Below the pieces are notes generated by a model. It was given only the letters and a program-made list of their open reading frames with translations, was not told the DNA's origin and did not search any database. Positions 11,104-25,086 of a DNA stretch of 64,000 bases are shown one piece after another (position 1 is the first letter of the stretch; the number at the start of each line of letters is the position of its first letter). The position numbers and the translations under genes were made by a program. The stretch comes from Azolla caroliniana (Eukaryota > Plantae > Polypodiophyta), in the NCBI GenBank assembly GCA_043228905.1, contig JBHGNT010000018.1, positions 13,020,001-13,084,000 of the forward strand. The letters are read 5' to 3'.

Positions 11104-14100
11104 TCACTCCAGCATGGGATGCCTCGCCAGTCCGATCTTCTTCCGGCATGCATCCAACTTGTCGGGTGTCGGTACCTTGATCAACATATCTGACCCATTC
11201 TCCTCCGTGTGGATCTTCATCAGCACAAACTCTTCCACTCGCTCCCGAATCGAGTGGCACCTCTACTGTATGTGCTTCGTCCTGGATTGATAGGCTGCGT
11301 TCTTCGTAAGGTGGATGGCACTTTGACTGTCGTAGTAGAGCCGGTATTCCTCTTGCCGGATCCCTAGCTCTCCGATGAAGTCCTTCATCCACAATATTTC
11401 CTTGCCAGCTTCCACAGTTGCCATGTACTCCGCTTCTATGGTTGACAATGCAACCATCTTCTACAGACTCGATTGCCACAAAACAGCTCCCCCTGCATAT
11501 GTCATGACGTATGTGGGTGTTGACCGACTAGTATCCGCATCAGCCGACATATCCAAATTGGTGAAATTGTCAAGTTGGGGTTTACCGGAGCCGAATCGGA
11601 GACACATACTTGAGGTGCCTTTCAAGTACCGGAGTATCCATTTTACCGCATTCCAGTGCTCCTTGCCGGGATTGCTCATGAACCGGCTCACCACTCTAAC
11701 TGCATATTTGATATCCGATCGGGTACACACCATTGTGTACATTAAGCTCCCGATGGCAGAGGCATATGGTATCTTCATCATATCCACCTTCTCTGCCTTC
11801 TTCTTCGGGCTTTGCTTACCGGATAACCTGTAGTTTGTCGGGAGTGTCGATCTGACCGGTTTAGCATCTGACATGTTGAACAACTGAAGCAACTTTGTCA
11901 CGTACTTCTCCTGTGACAACCACAATTGCTTCTTTGACCGGTCCCGGATGATATGCATCCCTAGTATCTGTCTTGCCGGACCCAAGTCTTTCATTGAGAA
12001 GGTTCGGTTCAGAGCCTTCTTCAGCATCCGTATCTTGACTTGGTCTCGTCCGACAATCAACATGTCGTCCACGTATAGGAGGAGTATCAGGAAGTCTCCA
12101 CCTTCGAACTTCTTCACAAATACGCAGTGATCGGCCTACGTCTTGTGGTATCCTTGATCGGTCATGAAGGAGTTGAACTTCCGGTACCATTGTCGGGGAG
12201 CCTGCTTCAAACAGTAGAGGCTCTTCTTGAACCGGAAAACCATGTGCTCCTTCTCTTTCTTCTCAAATCCCTCCGGTTGCTGCATGTAGATCTCCTCTTT
12301 GAGGTTGCCGTGGAGGAACGCCATCTTCACGTCTAACTGCTCTACCTCGAGGTCCATGCTTGCCGTTATGCTCAACATCGTCCGGATGGAAGTCATCTTT
12401 ACTACCGGGGAAAATATCAAGTCGAAGTCCACGCCCTTCTTCTGCTGGAACCCCTTCACCACGATCCTAGCTTTGTACCTTGGGGGGTTGCTAGCATCTC
12501 CCGGTTTCAACTTGTACACCTACTTATTCCGGAGTGCTCGTTTTCCTTTCGGCAACTCCACCAATTCATATGTGTGGTTCTCATGCAGGGAATCCATCTC
12601 GTCCTACATGGCACTTAACCACTTGTGGCTATGGGTGTCATCCTTTGCTTCTTCGAAGCTTTCCGGCTCCCCCTCATCGGTCAACAATACATGTTTTGCA
12701 TCCGGAAATCTCCGGGGGGCACTTCTTTCCTGGAGAGGATATCTCCGTCCTAGGTTTTCGGTAACCGGCTCTTGTGTCTATTCTTCATCCAAATCCGATT
12801 CGGGGTCTTATCCGGTTCCGGTTTCAACTTCCTCTCCTTCTTCTACCGGTTCGGTATCCTCACCGTAACTGGCCGGTTCTTCAAGTGTCAACCGGCTTCT
12901 AGCCGGGTAGGTTTGAATCTCATCAAACCGATCCTTACCGGTCGATTCAGAGTTCATTATCTTCATCTCCAACTACCAGTCGGTAAGGGTCTTGTCCTCC
13001 ATGAAGATAATATCTCGACTCCGGAAAACCTTCTTGTCGACCGTATCCCACACTCGGTAGCCGAACTCATCATCGTCGTATCCGAGGAATATGCAAGGCC
13101 GGGACTTTGGATCCAACTTTGCTCTCCGGTCCTTTGCCACATGCACGTAAGCGAGACACCCGAAAACCTTTGTATGCCGGTAAGACACTTCCTTACTGGT
13201 CCACACTCTTTGCGGCATGTCTCCGTCCAAGGGCACTTAGGGTGCTCTATTTATCACGTACGTCAGCCCAAAACGTCTTGGGTAACTTGACATGTGCTAG
13301 CATACTCCGGACCCTCTCCATTATGGTCTGGTTCATCCTTTCCGCCAACCCATTGAGTTCCGGTGTCTTTGGCTCGGTAAATTTGAGCTGGATTCCCTTC
13401 GAGCGGCAATACTCCTCAAACTACCCCCGGTATTCGCCTCTATTATCTACTCGAACCGCCTTCAACTTCCGATTGGTTTCTCTTTCCACTCTTGCGTGGA
13501 GCTCCTTGAAGACGGATAACACTTGATCCTTCTTCTTCAGCGGTGTGGCCCACAACTTCCGGCTGTGGTCATCTATGAACGTCATGAAGTACTGCGATCT
13601 GGCATGTGACTTTGTGTCCACTTGATACACATCGGTATGCACCAGCTCTAGTGGTGCATTACGTCTCATCGGTGGCCTTGAGTGGAAGGAGGTCCAGTTT
13701 TGCTTACCGGCCAGGTAGTCGGTGCACTTCTCAAGATGCACATCTTTCACCGGAATGAGGTTGTCTTCGGCAAGCCTCTTCATCCCCTTCTCGCTCATGT
13801 GACACAGTCTCTTGTGCCACAGCTCACCGGCAGTGTAGGATGCAACGTTCACTTCTTCTTCCCCGCATAACCGGGCATTCATTAGGTATAGAGTGTTGGC
13901 TTTCCAGGACCAAGCCACTATTAGGCTCGCTTTGCTGAACTTCATGACTACGTTCCGGATGCTACCCGTGTAGCCTTCATCATCTAGCCAACCGGCTGAT
14001 ATTAGGTTCAGTTGAACCTCCGGAATGTGTCGAACATCCTTTAGCAGCAGCTTGCATACGGTTGGTGTTGTCAACTACACGTCTCGTATGCCGACAATTC

Positions 14101-15127
14101 GGCATGTACCTTCATTCCCCATTTGGACACAACCGTGCTCACCGACTGTGTAGGATGAGAAGCATTTCTAGTTCGGGGTAAGGTGGAACGACGCTCCGGA
14201 ATCAGCAACCCACGTTATCTCGTCGCCGTCAAGGTTCAACTCAACTCTCCTAAGTGATGAGCATCAACTCTTCTTCACTTGCCGCGATTGCCGTCATTCC
14301 CTTCCGGTCTGGTCCTCGCCGATCCGAACCGTTTCGGTCTGGTGACTTCTTCGAATCGGTATTGTCGGTTCCATTGTCCTTTTGGAAATGCCGACAGTTC
14401 TTCTGGACGTGCCCCGGCTTGCCGCAATAGAAGCAAGTGGGCCTCCCCCTTGACTTTGACCATGTCCCCGACTTTTCCCGATTCTGGGGACTACGGTTCC
14501 TTTGTCTTCCACGTTGCGATTCGGTAAGGAGCACTTTGGAGTCGGAGCTCGTATCCTTGTCTTTCTGATGTGCCTCCTCATCTAGCAAGCTCGACTTGAC
14601 TCTTGCTAGGGATAACTGTTTTCCTTCCGGCCTGGCGTTGCCCAAAGTGACAACTAACGTCTCCCAGCTATCTGGGAGGGAACCGAGTAGGAGCAATACT
14701 AGTACCTCATCCGTGAGAGGTACTTCCAATGATGTTGCTTGGTGAATCAGCCCCTGGAAGGCATTCATGTGCTCCGCCATGCTGGAGCCATCTTGGTACC
14801 AGAGTCTTACTAGCTTCCGGAAAACCGAAACCCGATTAACAACATTTTAGTTCCGAAACATAATGCCGATCTTCTCCCAGAGATCATGAGCCTTGCTCCT
14901 TCATTGAAGCTATTGTACAGGCTCATGTCGATGAAACACCGGATGTATGTCGTTGTCTTCATGTGCATCACCTCCCACACTGTGGCATCGATCTTGTCCG
15001 GTCTCTTGTCCCTGAACTCAACTGGCAACCAAAGATCTTTGACCATGAGCATGTCCCTCATCTTCGACTTCCACACTGAATAGTTGGAGCTAGTGAACTT
15101 GAATATGCCGTTGAACGATTCTTCCAT
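11104..15127 (-). pseudogene. Copia B gag-pol polyprotein, multiple stops/frameshifts
   Basis: MEESFNGIFKFTSSNYSVWK gag, CFYCGKPGHVQKNC knuckle, LWHKRLCHMS..LELVHTD integrase, LYVDDMLI RT, KHIQ RNase H. Confidence 0.93.
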
Positions 15128-15156
15128 TTTCTGTGTTGTTTGCTCTGATACAAGAT

Positions 15157-15685
15157 TGTAGAGAATATGCAGAATAATCTTCGGCCACAACCGAGACTTA
15201 GATCACTAAGTACACAAACAGAAGAGAATGCACAGGATGTTAACGTGGAAAACCCTAAACGGGAAAAACCACGGGAGCCCACAGACTCCGAACTATCACT
15301 ATGTAAGGAGAATACAATAGGGGAACACAGAGGCAACGACCTCGTACTCACAATCTTTGCCTGGCGGCAGTTACAATAGAGATTCAATCTGTCTCTCTCT
15401 CTTTCCCTCTTCTACGCTCTGTACAGTAGTTACACCAATAACTCTATACAACAAAATAACGACTACAACCAAGAGTTTGCCCTAGGTCATATTTATACTA
15501 ATATGACTTTCGGGCTATTTACAAACATAGCCCTAGTGGGCTATTTGGAACATATTTACATATATGTCCTTTCTTCCGGTGAGAGGTTCTCACTGGGCCT
15601 GCAACATCCGGTTCTGACCGGGTACTCATCATCCGGTTCTCCACGGGCCTTCATCATCGCATCTGGAGGGACCGAGATCCTAACA
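15157..15685 (-). repeat. 5' LTR of copia B
   Basis: Minus strand TGTTAGG...TACA followed by PBS-like TTGTATCAGAGC. Confidence 0.93.
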
Positions 15686-17399
15686 GTCTTGTGGCAAACT
15701 CTGTAAATTTCGCTGGAATTCCTACTCTGTCTGCGCCCTGCATTCGGATTTCCACAACTTGATGGAACCGCGGAACCCGTATTAATAATTTATCCATTGT
15801 TAGCGTAATCTGGCAATCGGCAATTGCTAGCCAAATCGGGTCTGTCGCCGACGCTGTGTCTTGTTCGTGGTTGGCGGTGTGCCTAGATTCTTGGCACATG
15901 CATTCCACATTGGCTTCATTTGCTTTCGTAGCTTTGCGGAAATTGTCTTGCTCTGTCGAGTCCGTGTTTTTCACCTTATTGCGGGTCGTGACTTGGTGGA
16001 CTTCCATCGTGATTGTGTTCACTGTTGGTCCCTTCCCTTCATTGTGTCATGGGCATTGAGTCGTAGTGGCCTGGTTGTTGACAAATAAAACAGTGGACAT
16101 TGGACTCACCTTTTTCTACCACTGGGCAAACCATGGGCTCCATAGGTGGCAGCTATGTTTCCCATGACCGCTGGAACGCCTATTGTTACGGGGTTTCTAT
16201 TGGTATTCATGACGATTATCTTGGCGCTGCTCTTCCTCTGAACTTTCGTCGGGGATACGCTGATTCCGTGATTGTCGATTGCCTCTGTATGAGCGGGGCT
16301 TAGCCTGACCCCTACGATTGTTGGTGGCACAGGGGTTATCGTGGCGACGCCCTCCCCGAGGATTGTACTGGTCATGGCTTGGGTATTCCTCTTCCTCTTG
16401 ACCTTGTTCGTCTGAATATGGATAATTGTTGGGGCGAAGATTGTTCAGTTGGCCCGAACGATGATTACGCTCTAGATTTCGGTAGCGCTCCTCCTGTCGA
16501 TCCTTGTCGTTCTCACAGTTTGTCCGTTCAGACTCCATACTGCGAGCTGTTGGTTTGGGTCGATTTAACATGTTATATTCCCATTGATCCACCGTATGTA
16601 CCCTTGAGTGACAAATCGGACAGAGGATTCACATGTTGCAATCCACCACAGAATGCCCTGAGTTCAAACAAATCGTGCACTATATGGCTTGCTGGAAGGT
16701 GTACTCCTCGTCTGTAGGTAATGCTTGACACAACGATGTCATGGACACCCCCTTGTCATCGTCTTCCAATTCGAGTTGTAGGGCCCGTTCTATAACCATG
16801 TCGACCATTTGGCCTGTAAAATTTTGCATTCCTAACATTGTTCGGAAGGGTTGACACAACGCTGCCAAAAATGTCTTTTTCACTTCATCCTCCATAGGAG
16901 CTCTAATCAATTGGTGTCGTAGGCTTTGGGAACACAAGCTAAAATCAACAACGGACTCTTGCTAGAGTTGTTTAATTGTATAGAACTGACCGATAATTTC
17001 ACGTTGCGGAATGCTTCAGTGAAAGAATCGTAAAAACGCCGATTGGAGTTGGTCGAATGATGCAAACGACACAATGTTAAGTTGGGAATGCCAACGGGTA
17101 GCTCGTCCGTCCAAGGTTAATCCAAATTTTGCGATTTTTGACACGTGCACTTCAGCCTCCGAAAGCCGCTATGACATATGGTTCGCGTTCTAGACATTCA
17201 AGAATGACCATGCATGGCCCTGAGCGTTGGTATCTCTGCTGAAACGATGGTATGAGAAAGCCATCACGGTAGACTGGTTGGTGCTAAGGTAAGTGTTGTC
17301 GACACGATGTGGGGGTGTTTGACTTACAGTCGATGCTCCTTGGAGAGGAGAACCATGAAGATGCGTCAATGAGTATGCACACTAACAACAAAATGTTGT

Positions 17400-19990
17400 A
17401 CACAGCACACAGAGACCCTGTGGTTGTGGTGGTCGAGGTGGATCAACGTACAATATAGGCGGCCCAACAAGAGCAGAATCGGAGGCACAAAGATGGTGTT
17501 GACAGCAATTCGGGACCCTCCAGAAACAAGGGGAGTCCTAACAGCACCTGAAACCGGCAAGGCAAAGCTGACACGGAATGTTGCTGATGTGGCTGGAATG
17601 GCCGCAAAGAAAACGAGTGCTGGAAGAAAAGAGCCGATTTGGACAAAACCGGTGTGCCTGATCGCACTTCGTCGGAGCCTCGGAGGGAGCCAGGTTGGGA
17701 CCGACCCTCGTAATGAACCATAAGGCCTACCGGATGGGAGAATCTGACTCGAAGTCAGAAGAAGTTTGGTATGTGAACTCCGGAGCTTCAAACCATATGA
17801 TGAACCACAAAGAGTGGTTCTCCTTTCTCGAGAAGCCAGAAAAGTCGGGGATAGTCAAAACCGGAGACGATACCCCACATCCTATCGAGCACATCAAGGA
17901 TGTCCCACTAAGCCATGTTAGCCAGAAAGGGGTCATGAGGAACATCCTGCATGTTCCGACGATCACCAAGAACTTGGTGTTGGTCGGCCAGATCATAGAT
18001 CAAGGAATGTAGGTCCGATTCACTCAGCATCGGGATGGAAGAATGGTCATCCTCGAAACCAATGATGGTTGCACCGCTATGTTCGTGAAAGGGCAGAAAG
18101 TCGAGTCCGACATCGACCTATGGCATACACGGATAGGAAACATCAACTTCCGGAAGCTTCAGGAGATGCAGTCGAAACATGTGGTTTTTGGACTGCCAAA
18201 ATTCAGTGGCTAGAAAGGCCAAATATGTGAAGCTTGCCAGCTCGGGAGCTAGCATAGGCTTCTATTCTGCAATGAGAAGAATCGGAGCCGGAATCGGCTT
18301 GATCTCATCCATTTGGATGTGTGGGGACTGGCTTAAAATGTGAGCATCAGCGGGAGTCGATATTTTGTCTCCTTCATCAATGATTTCAGCCGACACACCG
18401 GGATCTACTTAATCGAGAAGAAGAGCGAAGTCTTCTTGTGCTTCTAGGACTTAAATAATCATGTTGAACGAGAAACCGGAAGGAAGATCAAGTGTTTGAG
18501 ATCGGATTGCGAAAAAGAGTACTTTTCCGACCAGTGAACTACTTATTTGCAGACCAAGGGAATCCAATGGGAGTTCTCCTATAGATACCCACCAGAGCAG
18601 AACGGCGTACTGGAACGTCGGAACCGGACGTTGCTAGAAGTGAAGTGCATGCCCCAGATTTATTGGGCCAAAACAATTCGGACGGGGCTCTACATACAGA
18701 ATCAGATATCTGCCTCAGAGACAAAGGTGTCGCCGCACGAATTGTACTTGGTGCAGAAGAAGAATTTGGCACACCTACGAGTATTCAGCAACATTGACTA
18801 TGTGCATGTGCCGGATGAGAACCAGGAGAAACTAGATGCCAAATCTGAGAAGTGCATCTTGGTGGGCTACTTCAACGAATAGAAGGGGTACAAGTGCTAC
18901 AACCCCCCTTCGAAGCAAGTCCGAGTTAGCCGTGATGTCGTCTTCAACAAATCCTCATCTTGGTACTTCTCATCACCCGAACTCTAGCAGATTCCTGTGG
19001 ACAATGCAACTGATATTGGAATAGATGGAAACATAGCAGATTCTGAACCAGATTGTCTGACCTCTCTCCAGATCAGTGAACAGAATTTGGACTGGTTGGG
19101 CTAGAGCAGTCAACCGGATGACGAGCCGGCGAGTAGGGAAGACTCGGTCGTGCTCTCCCCACGCAAGGAACCAAGGAGATGGTTCACATGCAAAGAGAAA
19201 GGGAAGAAGAAGATGCCAGAGTATGGCACGGATAGGGAAGAGACAAATCAGAGCGAATCTGACTCCAGAAATAACAAAGATGGATCTTCGGAAGAGAAGT
19301 CTGAGTCGGTCAAGAGGGCCACGAAATCGGTGAACCAAAAGGTGTGCCGATGCACCCGCCAAAAGCACCTCGTAGTTCGGTACGGATATAACGAGTATAT
19401 GGCGCATCATTATGAGTACATGTTGAAGGTAGCAACCGTGCGTGAGCTGGAGAGCTACGTAGAAGCGACTAAGGATATGAATTGGGAGAAGGCCATGAAA
19501 GAAGAGATGCACACACTCATGGAATATGAGACATAGGACTTAGTGGATGTACCGAAAAGAGTAAACCCGATCAGTTGCCGGTGGGTGTATAAAGTCAAAT
19601 ACAATGTTGATGGCTCCGTGAACCGGTACAAGGCCCAAATTGTGGCAAAAGGCTACGTGCAGCAACACGAACTCGATTATGACGAGACCTTCACGCACGT
19701 TGCGAAGATGAAAACAGTTCATGTATTGCTTTCGGTGGAACCGGCAAAGGGGTGGCATCTACATCAGATGGATGTGAAAAATGCATTTCTGCAAGGCGAC
19801 CTTGAACAGGTGCATATGGTTGAGCTCCCCGGATTTCATTATGGAATGAACATGTCCGCTATTTGCCGACTGAAGAATTCCCTTTACAAACTAAAGCAAG
19901 CCCCGCGTGCCTGGAGCACGAAAATCAAGCAGCAACTGCGTCAGATGGGGTTTGTCACGTCGAAGTCAGATTCTTCATTGTTCATCTAGT
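17400..19990 (+). mobile_element. Truncated Ty1/copia fragment related to families A/J (late gag, PR, INT, RT N-terminus)
   Basis: WYVNSGASNHM protease, KLDAKSEKCILVGY integrase, WHLHQMDVKNAFLQGDL RT; no LTRs visible; ends approximate. Confidence 0.85.
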
Positions 19991-19999
19991 GAGGTTGGC

Positions 20000-21405
20000 A
20001 TGGACCAGAAGGGAACTTATCCCTAGAGAAGGTGAAGTCGAGCTTGCTGAATGAGGAAGCTCATCGGAAGGATAGAGAGGCAATCACTGACTTGAAGGCC
20101 TTAGGCATCGAAGGTGACATGAACCGAGTAAGAGGCCAAAATAGAAGTCTCCAGAATCGGGAGAAATCGTGGACAAGGTCAAAGTCGTGGGGAAGGCCCA
20201 CATGCTTCTATTGTGGGAAGCCGAGGCACTTTCAAAAGAATTGGCAACACTTCCGAAAGGAGAAAACGGGAGCCGATGGTGCCGAACCGAAGAAGATTCC
20301 GGAAAGAAGGGGCACCTCGGCAATTACGACGAGTGATGAAGAGTTGTTGCTCATTACTCAGCAAAGTGAGCTAAACCTCGTCCGTGAGGAATAGACATGG
20401 GTGGTTAATTTAGGTGCGTCATTTCACCTAACCTTTGACCGAAAGTGTTTCTCAACATACAAGGTCGGAGATCATGGTCTTGTACAAATGGGAAATGGAG
20501 CATGCCGAATTGTCGGCATAGGAGATGTGTGTTTGGAAACTTCTACCGGGTGCGGATTGATATTGAGAGATGTCTGACACGTTCCAGAAGTTCGACTTTA
20601 TCTGATATCAACCGGTCGCTGGATGACAAAGGCTACACAGGTAGCATTCGGAACGGTGTCATGAAGTTCTGCAAAGGGAGCCTGATTGTGGCTTGTGCCT
20701 GGAAAACCAACACATTGTATCTAATGCATGCCCGAATATGTCGCAAGGAGGTAAACATGGTAGTCGACACATCCGGTGAGTTGTGGCACTAGAGGCTATG
20801 CCACATGAGCTAGAAAGGAATGCAAATGCTAGCCGAAAATTATCTCTTGTTGGAGATAAAGAATGTGCATCTGAAGAAATGTGTTGACTATCTGGCCGAC
20901 AAACAAAATAGAGCCGTTTTTCGACCGAGGCCCCCGATTCAAAGGAATACCATTTTGGAACTTGTACACACCGATGTATGCTATGTAGACGCAAAGCCTC
21001 ATTCTAGTGGACAATACTTGGTAACCTTCATTGAAGATCACAGTCATAAGTTGTGGGCTTGCGTATTGACAACGAAGGATCAAGTACTGAGTGTCTTCAA
21101 CGAGAATCGAGAGAGAAATCGGTCGGAAGTTGAAGGCGGTTAAGACGGACAACAACGATGAATACTGAGGGCAATTCAAGGAGTACTGCCGATCTCAAGG
21201 TATTCGGCTAGAGTACATAGTGCCAAAGATGCTAGAGTTAAATGGTATGGCTGAGAGAATGAACCGGACTATCATGGAAAGAGTATGGTGTATGCTGGCA
21301 CATTCGAAATTGTCGAAGATATACTGGGTTGAGGCGATGATGACAATTGTTTACATTACAAACAGGTCTCCTTCGGTACCATTGGAAGGAGACATACCAC
21401 AAAGG
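20000..21405 (+). mobile_element. Truncated Tnt1/Tork-like copia fragment (gag end to integrase), host of element F
   Basis: KSSLLNEE, CFYCGKPRHFQKN, LELVHTD, AERMNRTIMER, ending at SPSVPLEGDIPQR where the F LTR begins. Confidence 0.87.
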
Positions 21406-21955
21406 TGTTGGGAAACAGGTCCCTCCGGATGGGAAGAGAAGAGGCAAGTTGATGAGTAACTCGGGACATTGTATTTGTAAATAGTCAAAATGTGCCACAT
21501 GTGGGCTATGTATGTAAATAGCCGTAAAGTTGGATAAGTAGAAATACAACTAGGGAAAAATTTAGTAAAGGCGTGGTAGATCATTGTTGTATGATTAGGT
21601 TGTGAGTTACAAGAAGGTAGTGGCCTCTGTAATTGTGTAAGACAGAGAGAGAGAGTGAGTGAGAGAGTTAGTGCATAACTTTGTAGCCAACTATTGATGA
21701 AGAAGATCTCGAGGTCATCGCCTTTGAGTTTCTTGTTGTATTTTGTCTCTACATATAGTGATTTTGTTTCTCAGGGTTTGTGGACTCCTGTGTTTTTTCC
21801 CATTTTGGGTTTTCAACGTAAAATATCAGTGTCTCAGTTCTTTCTGTTTTTCTTCGTTTTCTACCACTCATTTTTTTGTTTGTGTATCTATTTCACTCAT
21901 TTCTCAGTACCAACATACCCACACGAAACCGGTTGTGGCCAGTTGATTCTTGACA
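21406..21955 (+). repeat. 5' LTR of copia F
   Basis: TGTTGGGAAACAGG...TTGACA, then AAG and iMet PBS; resembles the LTR start at 50256. Confidence 0.9.
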
Positions 21956-23703
21956 AAGTGGTATCAGAGCGATGGAAGACTCGTTCGGTAGCATGTTCAA
22001 GTTAAATAGCTCCAACTACTCAGTGTGGAAGTCGAAGATGAGAGACATGCTCGTGTGTAAAGACCTCTGGCTGTCGGTGCAATTCGGAGACAAAAGACTC
22101 GACAAGATCGATGCATCGACTTGGGAAATCATGCATCTGAAGGCGGCAACATCTATAAAGTGTTTTATAGATATGAGTCTATACAACAACTTTGATGAAG
22201 AGACGAGTGCTGACATCCTCTGGAAGAAGATTGGCGTGATTTTCCAAAACAAGAATGCCTTGAACACAGTTTCCATTTTTAGGAAAAGTGAGACTCCGGT
22301 ATCAAGATGGCTCCAGCATGGCGGAGCACATCAATGCTTTTCAAGGACTGATGAACCAAACCACCTCTCTAAAATTACCTCTTGCCGACGAGGTATTAGC
22401 ATTGTTGCTGTTAGGATCCCTTCCGGACAACTGGGAAACGTTGGTTGTCACAAGGGAAACACCTATCCTTAGAGTAGGTGAAGTCGATCTTGTTGAATGA
22501 AGAAGCTCGCCAGTAGGACCGAGACTCCAATACTGACCAGAAGGCCTTCGTCACAGAAGGTGACACGATTCGAGGAAGACGCTGAAATCGAAGTCCCCAG
22601 AACCTAGATAAGTCAGGGACTAGCTCAAAGTTGAGGGGAAGGCCCACGTACTTCTATTGTGGGAAGTCGGGGCACTTCCAAAAGAATTGTCAACATTTAC
22701 AAAAGAAAAAGGGGGGAGCCGATGGTGTGCAGCCGAAGTTGATTTCTGACAGTAAGAACACCTCGACAATCGCAACAAGTGAGGAGGAATTGCTACTGAT
22801 CAACAAGCAGAACAAAGTGAACCTTGTCAATGATGAATCAACATGGGTGGTCGATTTGGGTCCGTCATTCCACCTAACCCCCAACCGGAAATGTGTCTCA
22901 TCCTACAAAGCCGGTGATATCTGATCTATAAAGATGGGAAATGGAGCATGCTGAATCGTCGGCATTGGAGATGTGTGTTTGGTAATGCTAACCGGGTGCA
23001 GACTTTTGTTTAGAGATGTACGACACGTTCCGGAGGTTCGATTGAACTTGATATCAACTGGTCGGCTGGATGACGAAGGCTACATGGGTAGCTTCCGGAA
23101 TGACATCATGAAGTTTTGCAAAGAGAGCCTGATCGTGACTTGAGCCCGGAAGACAAACACACTATATTTGATACATGCTCGAATCTGCCGAGGGGAAACA
23201 AACGTGGCGGCTGACACGGTCGGTGAACATAGCATAGGAGGTTGTGCCACATGAGCTAGAAGGGGGTGTGAAAGCTTGCCGAGGACAACCTCATTCCAGA
23301 GGTGAAGAATGTGCAACTTGAAAAGTGCACAGATCGCTTGGCCAGAAAGCAAAATCGAACATCCTTCCGATCCAGGCCCCCGATGAGGAAGAAAATGCCG
23401 CTTGAACTCGTGCATATAGACATATGCTATGTGAATACAAAGTCGCATGATGGTTCACAATATTTCATGAGCTTCATTGATGATTGTAGCTGGAAGTTGT
23501 GGGCTTCTATGCTGAAGACGAAGGATCAAGTGTTATCCGTCTTCTAAGAGTTTCAAGTGAGGGCCGAGAGGGAAACCGGCTGAAAACTGAAGGTAGTCTG
23601 AGAGGACAATGGCGGAGAGTACCGTGGGCAGTTCCAGGAATACTACCGAAATCAAGAAATTCGGCATGAGTATACCGTGCCAAAGACGCCAGAACTTAAT
23701 GGG

Positions 23704-24130
23704 TGTCATGATATGGCAAGACTCGAACCCATGACCTTATGTTATATGGGTCGAGCTCTTAACCATTATACCATCTATTGTAATACATAAGATATTATTT
23801 TCATTTAAGCTTTATTATAGGAAATTAATGTATATTCCAGATTTCTCTAGAACATTCTAAAAGCTTCAGGATTACTCCTGAGAACACTATAAAAGAAGGC
23901 ACTAGGCATTATTTTGAACCAAATTGGTTCAACGCCAGTCTTAAGCCTCGTAACCCTTTTGTACTTACTCTTCACATAATATATCATCTGTTATCATCAT
24001 CTCTCTCTCTCTCTCTCCTCTTCTCTCTTTCTCCCTCTCAGGAGTCTTACAAAATCCCGTCCTTTTTGTACTAATAGTACTTCCCTTCTCTAGTATTAAT
24101 TCTCTCTCTATTTTAGTACTATTCCTGACA
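23704..24130 (+). repeat. 5' LTR of chromovirus D
   Basis: TGTCATG...CCTGACA, 427 bp, TATAAAA at 23888. Confidence 0.95.
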
Positions 24131-24364
24131 GTTTGAACCAATTTTTCCTCTCTAGTCTTTCTTTTGGTTTCCCTCATCCTCTTATCCTTTTTCTATACAC
24201 TGGCTTCTGTTAGCGCCCAAGAATACCAATTCGTTTTCTCCGAGCTACATGGTCTAAAAGAAAAATTTGTTGCCTTTGAACAAGAAAACCAACGATTGTT
24301 AGGGGATCTTCAACAAATCGCCCTAGAAAAATAGCAAACGCAGCAACAACATGGGGAGTTAGCA

Positions 24365-25086
24365 TTGCGTGTGCAACAACTCGAAGCAGCTTTGCAACAA
24401 CAAGGATCAAGTCCCCACGGATTTTATAAAGAACCCAAGATTGGGCTTCCTATGAAATTTGATGGAATGCGATCGCAATTTAGGGGATTCCTCAATCAAG
24501 TACGCTTAGTCATTCAAATGCATCCTTCTCGATACCCCACTGATGCATCCCGAGTCGGCCTAATAGGCACGTTGCTTAGCGGCTCAACCTTGGCATGGTT
24601 TGCTCCGGTTCTGGAAAAACAATCGCCCTTACTTAATAACTTTGAAGACTTTATTAGTGAGTTTAAAGCTTGCTTTGGAGATACAGACAGCATCCGGACA
24701 ACGATCAACAAAATCCAACGATTGCATCAAAGAGATCGTCTACTCGCTTCAGATATCCCCTAGGATGATCAGGCACTAATGGAGCAGTTTCGCTGCGGTC
24801 TGCGAAACGATGTCAAAGATCTACTTCTAACCTTCCCTGAAGAGCCAAAGTCTCTTACGGAGGCAATCAGTCGAACGGTCCGATGTGACAACCGCCGTTT
24901 GGAACGTCAATTACAAATACCACGCTCTAGGCCAGAGCCCACTTACGCCTAAGTCGCGGCTAAACCGTTTGCACGAGACATACCTCAAGCAAATACTCCA
25001 ACGCCGATGGAGATCGACATCATGTGTCGACGTGGCCCCATTATCGGAAGAAGAAAAGCAACGACAACATGCAAATCGATTATGTC
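24365..25086 (+). pseudogene. Chromovirus D gag (continues at 30427 with CCHC knuckle)
   Basis: KEPKIGLPMKFDG..FLNQVRL..LLSGSTLAWF; PTPMEID; after removing H the text reads RLCLYCGGTGHIAINCP. Confidence 0.88.

Larger units (their letters stand above)
10456..15685 (-). mobile_element. Full-length Ty1/copia element B (Tnt1/Tork-like), decayed
   Basis: Two LTRs, perfect TSD GTCTT (10451-10455 and 15686-15690), mutated iMet PBS near 15142-15153, PPT 11094-11108, domain order gag-PR-INT-RT-RH. Confidence 0.96.
7700..17330 (-). mobile_element. Internally deleted non-chromovirus Ty3/gypsy element (element C), split by copia B
   Basis: gag 17300-15690 with CCHC knuckles (CTICLNSGHSVVDC), protease CIIDGGSG near 10380; the frame AKFTEFATR|PTVFDHHNL is continuous once 10456-15685 is removed; RT/RH/INT absent; accessory ORF tail follows. 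Outer boundaries approximate. Confidence 0.8.
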
